Positions 37,323 to 49,613 of a stretch of DNA of 64,000 nt are shown piece after piece; within the stretch, counting starts at the first letter, position 1; each line of letters begins with the position of its first letter. The stretch is from Azolla caroliniana (taxonomy: Eukaryota; Plantae; Polypodiophyta). The stretch lies in contig JBHGNT010000003.1 of assembly GCA_043228905.1 (NCBI GenBank), positions 12,090,001-12,154,000 on the forward strand. Direction: 5' to 3'. The notes beneath the pieces were generated by a model. That model had not been told where the DNA came from and did not search any database. It was given only the letters and a program-made list of their open reading frames with translations. The position numbers and the translations under genes are program-made.

Positions 37323-40300
37323 ATGTCTAGACCAAACGACGACCACATCACCGAACGAGGGAGACGATACACCAAACGCGAGCAACGACGGGAAGCCCTG
37401 CAGCAAGCCGTCGACGAGATCCGGCGGGATCGGTCATTCTCCAAAACTCTTCGGAGAGTCGCAGAAGAAGCACTGCAGTTCCGGGTTCTGCAAATCCCTG
37501 ACGAAGGCAGTAGCATAACAAGCCTGCAAGAGGCGGAAACGATACTACAGACGCTCGCCGGGGGCGACGGGGACTCGGAAGCATTCGCAACACTTGAGGC
37601 GGAGTTGGAAAGCGACGGAAGCGTTGCGTCCCGGTATAAAAGCAGCCACGACACACCAAACGACCGGGGGGAAGAGGGGTCGGAAGACTCAGTAACACCG
37701 GAGCCAGAGGAAGAAATAACCTTGGAGTTCGGTGACCGGCAATCGCCGAGGGAGGCTGACGGCATACCGACAACACCCGCGAAGGAACCGAAGGAGCGGA
37801 TACTGACAACACCCGCGGAGGAACCAAAGGACCGGACACCGGCAACACCCGCGGAGGAATTGAAGGAGCGGATACCGGCACCAACCGCGGAGGAACCAAA
37901 GGTTCTCACACCGACGCCAATAGCGGACAGAGAGCGGAGAAGGCAGGAGAGTCAGTTGGACGACACGATGCCGTACCCATACCCAAAGTACCGGGATGAG
38001 CCCGACGCGGAGGCACACGTGTACGCATTCCTCCAAACATGGGAAGCCAACCATGTCTCCCAAAGACTGACGGAGCCCGAAGCCGAACGATCCAAAGTCG
38101 CCGAATTCGGCATGACCTTAGAAGGACCGGCGGCCCGATGGCACGCAAAGCACTTACCGGGCAGCTTTGCCACATTCGATGCCTTGAAGGCCAGATTCCT
38201 CAGGCTTTTTCACAGACAAGTTGAGCAAAGGGAATTGGTCGGGCAGTTCTACACCACCCGGCAGGAAGAGAACGAGACTGTGCCACAATTCATCATTCAG
38301 TTTCAGACCCTGCACAGCCAACTGACGAGAGCACCACCCAAAGACGAAGCCAAAGCAGTCTTTTTGGCCGCGCTGAAAGAGCCACTTCGAACAATGTGCG
38401 GAGTCCTTGATTTCCACACCAGCACAATGGACCAAGTTATTGATCGGGTCTTAGAAATGGACAAGACTTGTTCCTTCTTGTCGATGGGGATGTTACACCG
38501 GGCACTCCCAAAGGAGGAAGACCTGAGGTTCCGACAGGCCTTACAATGCACAACATGCCTAAATTCGGGCCACTCAACAGTAGACTGCACCCTGCGGACA
38601 CAATGTATGATCTGCAACTCTCGAGCCCATACAACGGACCGATGCGAATATAACCTGTTAAATCGGCAGGCAGCACCGATTCAACACATAGAACCGCGCA
38701 ATCAAAATCCGGATGAGGATCGATTCCGGAGAGACAACCGCTACCAACGTGAACGCGGTAACAGATACGCTGATAGAAGACGCGATAACTATGACCGAGA
38801 GGAGAAACACAGAGATAGCTACCCCCGGGACCGGTACGACAGAGACGAATACCCGGAATACAAACGACGCAGAGAAGAGAGGCGACAAGGGAACCGAAAT
38901 TTCCGACGAAATCAGAAGCGTGGATTTTTCCGAAGAGAGGAACGTCGGGAGGCAGCAAGGAATGACAACCCGGTATCGGTACCGGATAACCGAAAAACCG
39001 AAGACGACCGCCGAAGCCTACCCACCCTCCAAACCGGGGACAAAGGAGAAACGAGCAACAGTCACAAGGTGTACTGTTATTACTGCCGTAAGGAAGGCCA
39101 TTATAGTAACCAATGCCCAAGCAAAACCAATGACAAGCAGCCGGCACTCAACATGGTTACAACCGAAATAACAGAAGTACAGCAGGTCACAACCCGGTCA
39201 AAGGGAAAGCCCGCCGAGTGGGAAGCCCAGGAGGCAATCAGAAAACAAGCGGCGCAATGGATCAAGGAGGCCAAAATATGCCAAAAGACGAAGAAATCAT
39301 ACAGCCAGGAGAAAACCCGACGTGGCAAGCGCTACAGGACTGTCAAATCGTGCTGCCGTTAGCACGGCTACTACAGTTGGTGTCACGGTTTACGGCAGAC
39401 TTACAGGCATCCGTGAGCAAACAGAAGCTGACGCCAGCACCAGCATTCTTCTCCAACCCGGAGGAAGGACCAGCGGTGGTCGATACAAGTAGCCCGGCGA
39501 TCACGACAATCGTGAAAGGAAAGGAAATTGCTGGAACGATTATTGACGGAGGCTCCGGGGTAAATGTCATCAGCCGACAGACATGCGATAACCTGGGCAT
39601 CCGGGAATGGGAACTATGCCCCTTCTGGTTATGCATGGCGGATACCAGCTCAGTCCGACCGACCAGACTTATCCGGGATTTGGAAGTAACGATCGGAGGC
39701 CACGTATTCCGGATATCGGCCGTGGTGCTGCAGCTGAATGTACAAGGCGCGTACCCCCTACTGCTAGGACGACCATGGCTGCGAACGGCGCATATCAAGC
39801 AAAACTGGCAAAAGAACATGATCACATTCTGGCGAGGGAAAACAAAGGTACAAGTAACGACGCAACCACGGGTGATCGCCAGTAAGGAAGCAACTCCATT
39901 GTATGCGGAAAGCATCAACATGTTGGAGGGATTACCAGATGAGGAAGTCGAGCGGTACCTCGAGGAACACCCACGAATCGTCCCACTATTTGAGGTGGAT
40001 ATCACGGCGGTAGTAGAACCGTACATTACGATGCCGGACGAACCGGACCAAGCGGCGATCCAGGAACTGCGACAAGCGCAGGAATCCCTAGAGAGGGAAA
40101 TGACGATATCCTAGAGGGTAAAAGCATCCCAACTAGAGGAGGTGGACCTCGGCACAATAGACAAGCCCCGACCGGTAAATGTCGCAAAGGAATTGCCGAA
40201 GGAAGAAAAGAAGGCAATGATAGCATTATTAACAGACTTCAAGGATGTGTTCGCGTGGTCGTACGAAGACATGCGAGGGCTGGACCCCCAGCTCTATCAG

Positions 40301-43135
40301 CACCAAATTCACCTAAGTACGGACGCAAAACCGATCGCTCAATGCAGGTACCGGATGAATCCGAATTATGCGGCGAAGGTGAAGGAGGAGATTGATAAGC
40401 TCCTCCGGGTCGGATTTATCCGACCGGTCAAGCAGGCAACCTGGCTGAGTCCGATAGTGGTGGTCCCGAAAAAGAACGGCAAAATCCGGGTATGCGTGGA
40501 CTACCGAAAACTAAATGCCGCAACAGTGACCGATGCATTTCCACTACCATTTACGGACGGGGTGTTAGATGCGGTAGCCGGCCACGAAGTTTACAGCTTC
40601 CTGGATGGATTTAGCGGCTACAACCAAATACGAATGAACCCGGCCGACCAGGAGAAGACAACGTTCGTTACGGAATGGGGAGTGTTCGTCGCGGTCGTGA
40701 TGATGTTCGGACTAAAGACAGCTCCAGCGACCTTTCAAAGGATAATAATGGAAATTTTCGGGGAATATATCCCCGGTTTTATGCAGGTCTTCCTTGACGA
40801 TTTCGCGGTCTACAGCCGGCACGGAGAGCATCTGGATCACCTCCGGCTGTGCTTGGAGAAGTGTCGCGAGTACCGGTTGAGTCTGAACCCGGCCAAGTGC
40901 GTCTTTGGAGTGGCAAGCGGCAACTTACTAGGGCACGTGGTGAGTAAGGAAGGAATCGTGGTAGATCCGGATAAAGTCAAGGCGATTCTCGAGGCACCAG
41001 CACCAAATAACGCAAAGGCTTTAAGCCGGTTCCTGGGCCAAATAAGGTGGCATAGCCGGATGATACGACACCTCGCAGATTTCGCTACACCATTACATAT
41101 CGCCGTACACAGGGTACCCTTCCTATGGGCGGAGACGGAGGAGGAAGCCTACCAAGCGTTGAAGGTTATGCTGTCACAAGCTCCAGTGGTGCAACCGCCG
41201 GATTGGAGTAAAAGCTTTCACGTCTTCGTCAACGCGTCAGACGTAGCAATCGGCAGCGTTCTGATGCAACTCACGGAGCCGAAATGGTACCGACCGGTGT
41301 ACTACGCAAGCCGGAAACTCTCAAAAGCCGAACGGAACTACTCTACGATGGAACGCGAGGCATTAGGAATGGTGTATAGTGTCACAAAGTACAGGCACTA
41401 TCTGCTCGGAAGGAAGTTTTCCTTCCATGTCGACCATTCGGCACTACTCTACCTGGTCTCGAAGGCATCCCTGACGGGAAAAATTGCACGATGGACACTG
41501 CTGTTACAGGAATTTGAATTCGACATTTTCCACCGACCCGGGGCGCAGCATGCGGTAGCGGACTACCTGAGCAGACTCGAATCCGGAGAAGCAGGGGACG
41601 GCGTCCAGGATGAGTTCCCCGACGCCGAGTTGTTCCGGATCACGACAAAACCGGCAACGGATGCAACGGTAGCCGATGAAGACACGTGGCTAACTGAGAT
41701 GCATCAGTTCCTGAGCACCGGAGTACCCCCGGAGAACATGGACCGTGATGAAAGGAAAAGGGTAGCAGTAAGAAGCAGACATTTCTGCTTGGTTGGAGAC
41801 ACCCTCTATCACAAGGGGGCAGATGGCATCTGGAGACGAGCAGTGCAGAGCGATGAGAAGGATTTAATCCTCAGGGAAGCCCACTATGGAATTGCCGGCG
41901 GGCATTATGCCGGCGACGCAACCGCTCAGAAAATATGGCAGAGCGGACTGTGGTGGCCCACCACCCTAAAAGATGCCGTGAAGTGTAGCAGAGAATGCGA
42001 TTTGTGTCAACGACTGGGCCAACCCACGGAGCAGGCCCGGATGCCACACCACCCGGTCTTGCCTTTGGAACCGTTTCAAAAGTGGGGTTTGGACTTTGTC
42101 GGTCTCTTCAAGCCACCGACAATGCGAACCGGAAATCGGTATGTCATAGTGGCGACCGACTATTGCACCAAATGGGTGGAAGCAAAGGCCTTACGGGACA
42201 ACACGGCCGCGTCCACGGCAAAGTTTCTGTACGAGTGCATATGGTGCCGGTATGGATGCCCGATCGAGCTTATAAGTGACCAAGGAGGACATTTTCTCGG
42301 GCAGGTAGTAGAAAGCTTGACGTCATTTTACGCGGTGGTACATAAAAGGAGTACTCCCTACTACCCTCAAGCCAATGGACTAGCGGAATCAACGAACAAA
42401 ATTCTGCAGAACATCCTACGAAAAATCATCAACGAGAACCGGAACGACTGGGATACGAAATTACAAAGCGCGCTATGGGCGTACCAAACAACATACAAAA
42501 CCAGCATTCGGACAACCCCGTTCCGACTAGCATTCGGTTTAGAAGCGGTCATGCCGGTAGAGTTTCAGATTGCCAGCTTACGGATCCAGGTAAAGGAGCG
42601 CTTAAGTGAGAAGGAGTCCGAACGAATCCGGCTGGCGACATTGTTGGAATTAGAAGAAAACCGAATAGCCAGCTTACTACAACTCGAACTGGAGCAAAGG
42701 AGGAGAAAAGCTTTTGTGGACCGACACTGGCGTGGCAACGAAAAGGAGTTCGAAGTCGGGAAACCGGTGCTACTATTCCAGACACAGATGGGGAACATGC
42801 CGGGAAAGTTGCGGTTTCGGTGGACCAGACCATTCTGGATCACCAAGGAGTACAATGGGTCGTATCAGCTCGGCACATTGTTTGGAGATGTCATCGGTAA
42901 GTGGGCAAATGGGTTTCGGCTAAAGCCGTATAAGGGAAATATGCCAGCCAACCCGTTCAAGCAAAACCCGGAAATCCGGCAAGATGAGGAACCGACACCA
43001 ACAAACGCTGCTGAAGATATTCGGACCGAGGAGGAACCGACACCGATACTAACAAAGACTATCCCGGAAAACCGACAACAGGATCCGGTATCAGCGCGAA
43101 CCGACCCGAACAAATCGGGGGGGACCAGAAAATGA
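37323..43135 (+). pseudogene. Gypsy gag-pol, recently inactivated (frameshift ~39275, stop at 40112-40114)
   Basis: Gag with three CCHC knuckles; protease IIDGGSGVN; RT FLDGFSGYNQI and FLDD; RNase H with first Asp changed to Asn (VFVNASD); integrase WGLDF, SDQG. The paralog near 2410 has a Gln codon (CAA) at the stop position. Confidence 0.93.
37766..37905 (+). repeat. Four 36-bp coding repeats in Gag (TTPAEEPKER-like)
   Basis: PTTPAKEPKERIL / TTPAEEPKDRTP / ATPAEELKERIP / APTAEEPKVL. Confidence 0.85.
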
Positions 43136-43310
43136 CGTGGTCCAAACAAAGAAAGAAAAAATAAAAAATAAAAAAATAAAAAAAAATGACGTGGGCCAAA
43201 TCGGCGCGAATCATAGTAGTGATGGGGAGATCAGAAGAGGTGGGAGCACCACCATGCAACGAAGAGGCGCCATGCAGTAAAGAAGGACGTGCGCGTACTT
43301 GCTATTTAAA
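43133..43310 (+). promoter_or_regulatory. Putative internal promoter for the extra ORF
   Basis: TGACGTGG at 43133-43140 and 43187-43194 separated by an A-tract; TATTTAAA at 43303-43310, about 55 bp before ATG 43362. Confidence 0.5.
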
Positions 43311-43361
43311 GCAGGGAACGTGGGCACTCACACGCGGCAAGCAAGAAAGGACATACTAATT

Positions 43362-46300
43362 ATGGCGGGAGATGAACATGCACGGGAAACGAAAGAGGGC
43401 GGCTCGAGGCAAAAGCCACTATATAAGACACAGGCTTGCGAAGGACTTACTTTTTACGAATTTTCCTACACACAGGCGCAGAAGCACAGAAGAGCGATCC
43501 GACGCACAGCGCACACACAGCCCGATCCCGAACAACAGACAGCAGAAGAAGAATTCAAACCAATGGTACTGTCGGAGGAGGCACGCCAATGGATGAGGGA
43601 GAACGGGTTAAAAGGATTGCTGCGGATCGCCGACGCTCCACCACACGCAGAACCAGAGCAGGCGGCAACATCGATTGATTTATCAGAAATCACGGAAGGA
43701 GCGGTGCAGGCGCTCACGGGGATAAAAGCAGGAGGACTTCAAACAATCGAAAACCCTTCAAGTGAAATCCTGTTCGAATATTTCGGTGAGTATTCTATCA
43801 GCAGCAAGGCGTACCGAACACAGGGCGGGGAGAACCTGCTGTTCGGAGAAGTGGCCCGCGCCATGATGGAATATGGATTCGTGAATCCTCGTCCCCCGGC
43901 CATAGCCAGGTACTGGGCAGCGTTCTTAATTGCAGCGTACGAAGGATTACAAGTGGACTGGCTCCATTTCATAATCGAAGGATTGAAGGAGGCCATCAAG
44001 AACCTTGTGGAAGGAAAAAAGCCATGGGCCGGGATAGCACAATGGCTAACGGTGTTAGTCCCACCGGTGCTCCCCATCAAACAAAAGAAAAGAGGTCGGC
44101 AGGAGACAACGCCGAAAAAGGTCACAAAGCGCCGACATATCCTGGAGAAACACACCCCCGGATGGACCCAGGAAGAAGCAAAACAGCGGGGGGAAGGACC
44201 ATCCCGACAGCAGCAGGAACCGGCAACAAAGGCAAAACCGGCAGGAAAAGGCAAAGGGAAATCGGCCGAGGAGGAACCGGTAGCGCTCAAACCAATCAAT
44301 ATAACGCTGCGACGGCCGGAACCAGAACCAGAGGTCTTTATACAAAAGGTTCGTCTGGTAGCCGCACCGGAGGAGGAAGCTGAAACAGAAGACTCATCCG
44401 AACCACTGGTAAGACTCCCAGCAAGACAAGGTCGGGAGAGACGGGCGAAAGGACCGGCTCCACCAGTTGACAAAACTCAGCAGAGGGCGCAAGGACCACC
44501 TCCAGTAGCCGAGGCGGAAGCAGTACTGGAACCCGTACCGAGGGAAGCATCACCAACACCAGTTTTGCCGGACTTCAGAGAAGAGGAATGAACAAGCGCC
44601 GGAGCCAGAGAAAAGGCCGGAAAAACAGCCTGAGTTAAGGAGTTGAAGTGAGCAAGGCCACCCTGACACAGGAAGCACAAAGCCACAATGGCTGAGATGG
44701 CTTTCGGAGCAGTTATCGGGAGTAGCGGATCAGTTAGAGGAAGAAGAAACGTGTAGGCAACATCTGACGCATACAACAACTCAGGAGTTGGTCGCGCTCC
44801 GAACACAGATCGAGGAAATACAAGGGGAGCTGTTGCAGGCAAGGGAAGGAATTCAACAAGCACAAGTTGTCACCGAGCCGGTCGGGACAACAAGGAAGCA
44901 ACCGGAACCGGAACCGGAACCGGAACCGGTAGCCTTGCAAACCGGCCTTGAGACCGAAAAAATAATAGAAACCTTACGAGAGGAGTTAAAAGCTCAGGAG
45001 GCATTAAGGGAAAAAGAAAGGGAGCAGCGGAAAGCGGTGGAGGACGACAGACGAAAAATGGAAGAAGGCCTCCGGAAAGGCCGAGCCACTAATGACCGAT
45101 TGCAAGAAGAAAAAGAGAAGCTGCAAAAGGAGAAGGACCGACTGCGTCGACATGCCGAGCAGGAGATAGAACGACTGCAGGAAGAACTCCGACAACAGAA
45201 GGACCGGGACGACCGGTTAAGAGCTCAGGCAAACCGACGCCTGAAGCAGAAGACGGAGGACTTCGACCGTCTCTACCGAGATCACAAGCAGGCCGAGTCG
45301 GACAACAAGAAACAGACAGCAGACTACGACCGGCAAATAGAGAAGCTGAAAGAACAGCTCAAAGAGACCCGATTAGATCTGGCTAAAGCAATGGATGAGG
45401 TCAGTGCCGAAAAGGAAGCATTGTCGGCGGAAATAACCCAAGCGACGGAGAGAAGGAAGGAATTAGAGACGCTAAGGCGGGAAAAGCTGGATCTGACTAA
45501 GATCAGGAATGAAGAAAAGGAAAGATCGACCTTCACGATCAACAAACTGCAAAGTACCTATGAAAAGTAGAAAGCGGATTACGAGGCCCAGGCTCAGATA
45601 ATGGCCGACATTATAAAATGGGCAAGGAAGGAAAAGCAAGAAGCTTATGCGCATGCTAAGGCGGGGGTTGACCGGATCAAGCTCATCATGTCAGGTTGGA
45701 GTACCCGAGCTCAGGCAAGCATCAACGAAAGTACCGAAAAGCTATGGAAGGAGTGGTCACAACAGGCAGCCGAGCTACAGACACTCCGAGCGGATGCCGA
45801 GAATCGGAGGAAGACCGGTGACAAGTTCTACAAGATGGATGAAGAAAGTATCGTCGCCATTCGGGAAGAATTGTCGGAGGATTTCTACGCTTTAGCGGAA
45901 GAACATCTCAAAGAAATCCGAGGGTTGGTAGAGAGGTTGGATGACGGGCAGCTCGCAACTCAGTTGGAGTTGGAGAAATACGAGTAGGACCGGTTACGAC
46001 AGGAAGCCAAGGGAAGAACGACGCCAATCACTATAAGTGAGGGAGAGCAACCGGCTGAAGTTGAACCAACCGACACCGAACAACCCCAACGAGGAATACC
46101 CGAAGAAGAACTTCCGTTCGAAGGAGAAGAAGAAGAGCAGGAGCAGACCGATGCCGAAGAAGAAGAAGAGCTAAAACCGGAAGACACCAGAGCAGAGGAA
46201 GAAGGCGTACCGAGCAGACCAGTTGAGACCGGAGAAAGCGACATTGGTAACAAAACAGAGCCTGGAACAGAGGGAGAACAGGAAGAACCCGGACGAAGCG

Positions 46301-46473
46301 GTGAGGATGCACCGGCACCACAGAATCAAGCAGAGTCGGAGTAGCAAATTTTTACGGAACAGCCAACCCAACCGGAGGTCGGAGACCAGGCAGGCAAGGA
46401 ACAAGAATTGGAGGAAGAAGCACCACTTGACACCATCGAGCAGAGTGTGCTCGATATTTTGGAGGAAGAATGA
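43362..46473 (+). pseudogene. Extra 3' ORF of the Gypsy element (~1035 codons if joined): globular N-terminus, long coiled coil, acidic tail
   Basis: ORF 43299-44591, then one frame from ~44580 to 46473 broken only by TGA 44644 and TAG 45568, 45985, 46342, each one C>T away from CGA/CAG. Confidence 0.75.
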
Positions 46474-48962
46474 GGCCGGGAGTGGATTCGAAGTGCAAGG
46501 CACTTTCCCACGGGCGTGCCATGTGTTGACCGGTCAGAAGAGCAAGGACAAGTGGGAAGGCGGAGTCGGATCAGATAATAGGAAGTAAATAATAGTAGAA
46601 TTATTATTCGGAGGGACGGATCCGGTCCAGTTGTACCGATCCGGATCCGGACCGATTCGGATGTCGGTTGCCTAAGCGCACCGATTGTAACCTTGCCGGA
46701 TGCCTATAAAAGGATCCGATGATTTGTAAAGGTTTTGGGACGGAAGTAATACAAAAGTAATTATTGCGTGCTTATCTGTATCTTCGTATTGTTTACCGTC
46801 AGTGCTTAATTGTAATCATCTTACGCGTGTAACCTAACATCCAATCCTTACCACCCCTTTGGAGAAGTGTCGGATAGACACCTGTGTTGAGGCTAGTCCG
46901 GCCAGGCAGACAACAGCACACCATGGTTTCCATCTTCCAATGAGATGGAGGTCGAACCCCATACCCCAATGGAGATCGACCATGCTCGGTTCCAACCCTT
47001 AACCGATGTCCAACAACAAAATCGATGTGACAATGGCCTCTGCCTCTATTGTGGTACCCCCACCATGTCCTTCGCCACTGTCCGATGCGCGACCCTCGTC
47101 ATCAATCCCACCGTGCATGTTTTGCAGAGGTTTCTCGACAACAAGAAAACGATCGTGCACATCTTGCGGAGGTTTCTGGACAACAAGAAAACGAGCAAGT
47201 CTAGCTGCAATAGGAGCCATGCCGCTGGACACTTCCCGTCGCCCTACTTCTCTGTGCTCCTACAATTCAGTCACACCAGCATGAGGTTTTACTTTGCAAG
47301 GAAGTCTTTGTTTTGGGTCTATTTCAATAAAATCCCATGCATTGCTTGATTCTGGTGCATCTACTTGTTTAATCGATAACGCGTTCGTCTGAACACATAA
47401 AACCCCACCATCCTCACAACACAACCCATGTCCGTTGAAGGTATCGATGGACAAGTTCTCTCTTCGGGGGCGGTTACTGAAGCCATTGTCCCATTGGTAC
47501 TTCAAGTCGGGTTCCGCCAGGAGTTATTAACATTCTATCTCATTGCCACCCCTCGACAACTGATTGTTTTAGGCCTCTCCTGGTTGGAAACACACAATCC
47601 GATGGTGGAATGGTGTAGCCACTCCATCACCTTTCGACAAACACCAGCGTGGGTCTCTTCCACAAACACCGTTACTTGTGTGGGGGTTGCTTTTAGCTTG
47701 GGTGCACATTCTTCTGATTCCTTTGTGGTTGATTCTAGCGTGGTCGCTTCCGTGTCCATTGTGTCACAAGACGTCTCTGTTCTTGTCACCAATTTGCCTG
47801 CCAGATATACCGATTTTTTGGATGTGTTCGAAAAGCAAAATGGGTTACCGACACATCGCCCCTATGATTGCATAGTTGAACTCCAAGATGGCGCACATCC
47901 ACCATTTGGGCCCATCTATGGGCTATTTGAACTCGAACTTGAGGCTCTTCGCACATATTTGGATGAAAACCTCGCCAAGGGCTTCATTCAACCCTCCAAA
48001 TCACCGGCTGGGGCCCCAATCTTATTTGTCAAGAAGAAGGACGGCTCATTACGCCTATGTGTGGATTATCGGAGTCTCAACAAAATTATGGAACGTAATC
48101 GTTATCCCTTGCCTTTAATTCCCACACTCCTTGACTGAGTTCGAACCAGGCGTATCTTCTCCAAAATTGACCTTCGGGGAGTCTACAATCTAGTGCGTAT
48201 CAAGCCAGGAGACGAGTGGAAAATTGCCTTCCGAACACACTATGGGCATGTCGAGTACAAGGTCATGTCTTTTGGTTTCACCAACGCCCCGACGGTCTTT
48301 CAGCTCATGATGAACAATATATTTTGAGAGTATCTCGATCACTTCGTTGTGATCTACCTTGACGACATTTTAGTTTTTTCTTCCAACATAGAGGAGCACA
48401 CTCGACACGTTCGACTGGTTCTATCCAAACTTTGGGAACATGGACTTTACGCCAAAAGTGAGAAATGTGAATTCAATCGGACCTCTGTCGAATTCCTAGG
48501 TTACGTGATTTCACCCTCCGGGATCACAATGGATGCACGCAAGGGAGCGGCAATAACCGATTAGCCTGTCCGTACTCGGTTGAAAGAGGTACAATCATTT
48601 CTCAGTTTTCCAAATTTCTATCGACGATTTATCAATAGTTTTTCCTCTTTAGTGCAACCTCTAATCATCCTTACTAGAAAAGATACTCCATTTCTTTGAA
48701 CCTTTGTGGTGCAAAGTGCTTTTGAGGCCCTCAAGGAAGCTTTTCTCACAGCCCTAGTGTTTGTCCACCCCGACCCCACAAGGCCCTTCCAAGTTGAAAC
48801 CGATGCCTCTGACTTTGCCATTGGAGTTGTCCTGTCCCAACCAGACGACGAGGGCACACTACATCCAATTGCCTTGTAGTCTTAGAAGTTTACCACCCCG
48901 GAAATCAATTATCCGGTCTACGACAAGGACCTTGCAACAATCATATTTTCCTTCACTGAGTG

Positions 48963-49515
48963 GCGACCCTATTTGGTTGGGACCCAACATCGCATCTAGG
49001 TGCTGACTGACCACAAAAATCTAATTTACTTCACCACCAGTCGTACATTGAATCGGAGGCAAGACCGATGGCCATCTTTTCTCGTCGACTACGACTTTGA
49101 GATCTTATTTTGACCTGGAGTTCAACATGGGAAAGTTGATGCCCTCTCTCGGCGTCCTGATTTTGCATTGTGTCTAGGAGATGACGCATATTCACAACAA
49201 TCCCATTGTTTGTTGCGGCCTAATCAACTTCAGATGTTCGCGACCCTATTTGGCTGGGACCCAACATCGCATTTAGGTGCTGACCAACAACAAAAATCTA
49301 ATTTACTTCACCACCAGTCGTACATTGAATTGGAGGCAAGCCCGATGGCCATCTTTTCTCTTCGACTATAACTTTGAGATCTTGTTTCGACCTGGAGTTC
49401 AACATAGGAAAGTTGATGCCCTCTCTCGGCGTCCTGATTTTGCATTGCGTCCAGGAGATGACGCATATTCACAACAATCCCATTGTTTGTTGCGGCCTAA
49501 TCAACTTCAAATGTT
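48963..49515. repeat. ~277-bp tandem duplication of the RNase H C-terminal region
   Basis: GCGACCCTATTTGG...AATCAACTTCA.ATGTT occurs at 48963 and 49240. Confidence 0.88.
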
Positions 49516-49613
49516 TCTGTGCCCACGTATGTGGTTTCGACTCTTTAAGTCCTATTATGAGGACCCTGAAGTGCACTTAGACCTAAAGTCTAAACATGTA
49601 TTCTAGTCATATG

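Larger units (their letters stand above)
31481..46915 (+). mobile_element. Full-length non-chromovirus (Athila/Phygy-like) Gypsy with extra 3' ORF; 392-bp LTRs; TSD GCACA
   Basis: 5' LTR 31481-31721 plus 37120-37270 (split by a Copia); 3' LTR 46524-46915; about 7 differences by eye. GCACA at 31476-31480 and 46916-46920. PBS TGGCGACCAC at ~37277 is consistent with a tRNA-Arg primer. Confidence 0.95.
18056..49515 (+). mobile_element. Decayed Tcn1-like Gypsy split into three pieces (18056-18695, 30865-31480, 46921-49515) by two large nested insertions
   Basis: LTR TGTCAT at 18056; gag ATG at ~18533 continues across TSD CTTCC into ORF 30842-31150 and across TSD GCACA into the zinc knuckle (NGLCLYCG), protease (LLDSGA), RT (47428-48138; YLDD in 48349-48564) and RNase H. 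The 3' part is lost at ~49515. Confidence 0.85.

Noticed and set aside
39218-40141. Programmed frameshift or stop readthrough between gag, protease and RT
   Set aside because: The paralog at 1856-3450 has a Gln codon at the TAG position and extra sequence at the frameshift site, so both look like copy-specific mutations.
44788-45987. Captured host SMC/myosin-like gene
   Set aside because: No ATPase or motor motifs and no introns; composition matches the element, so it is treated as part of the accessory ORF.
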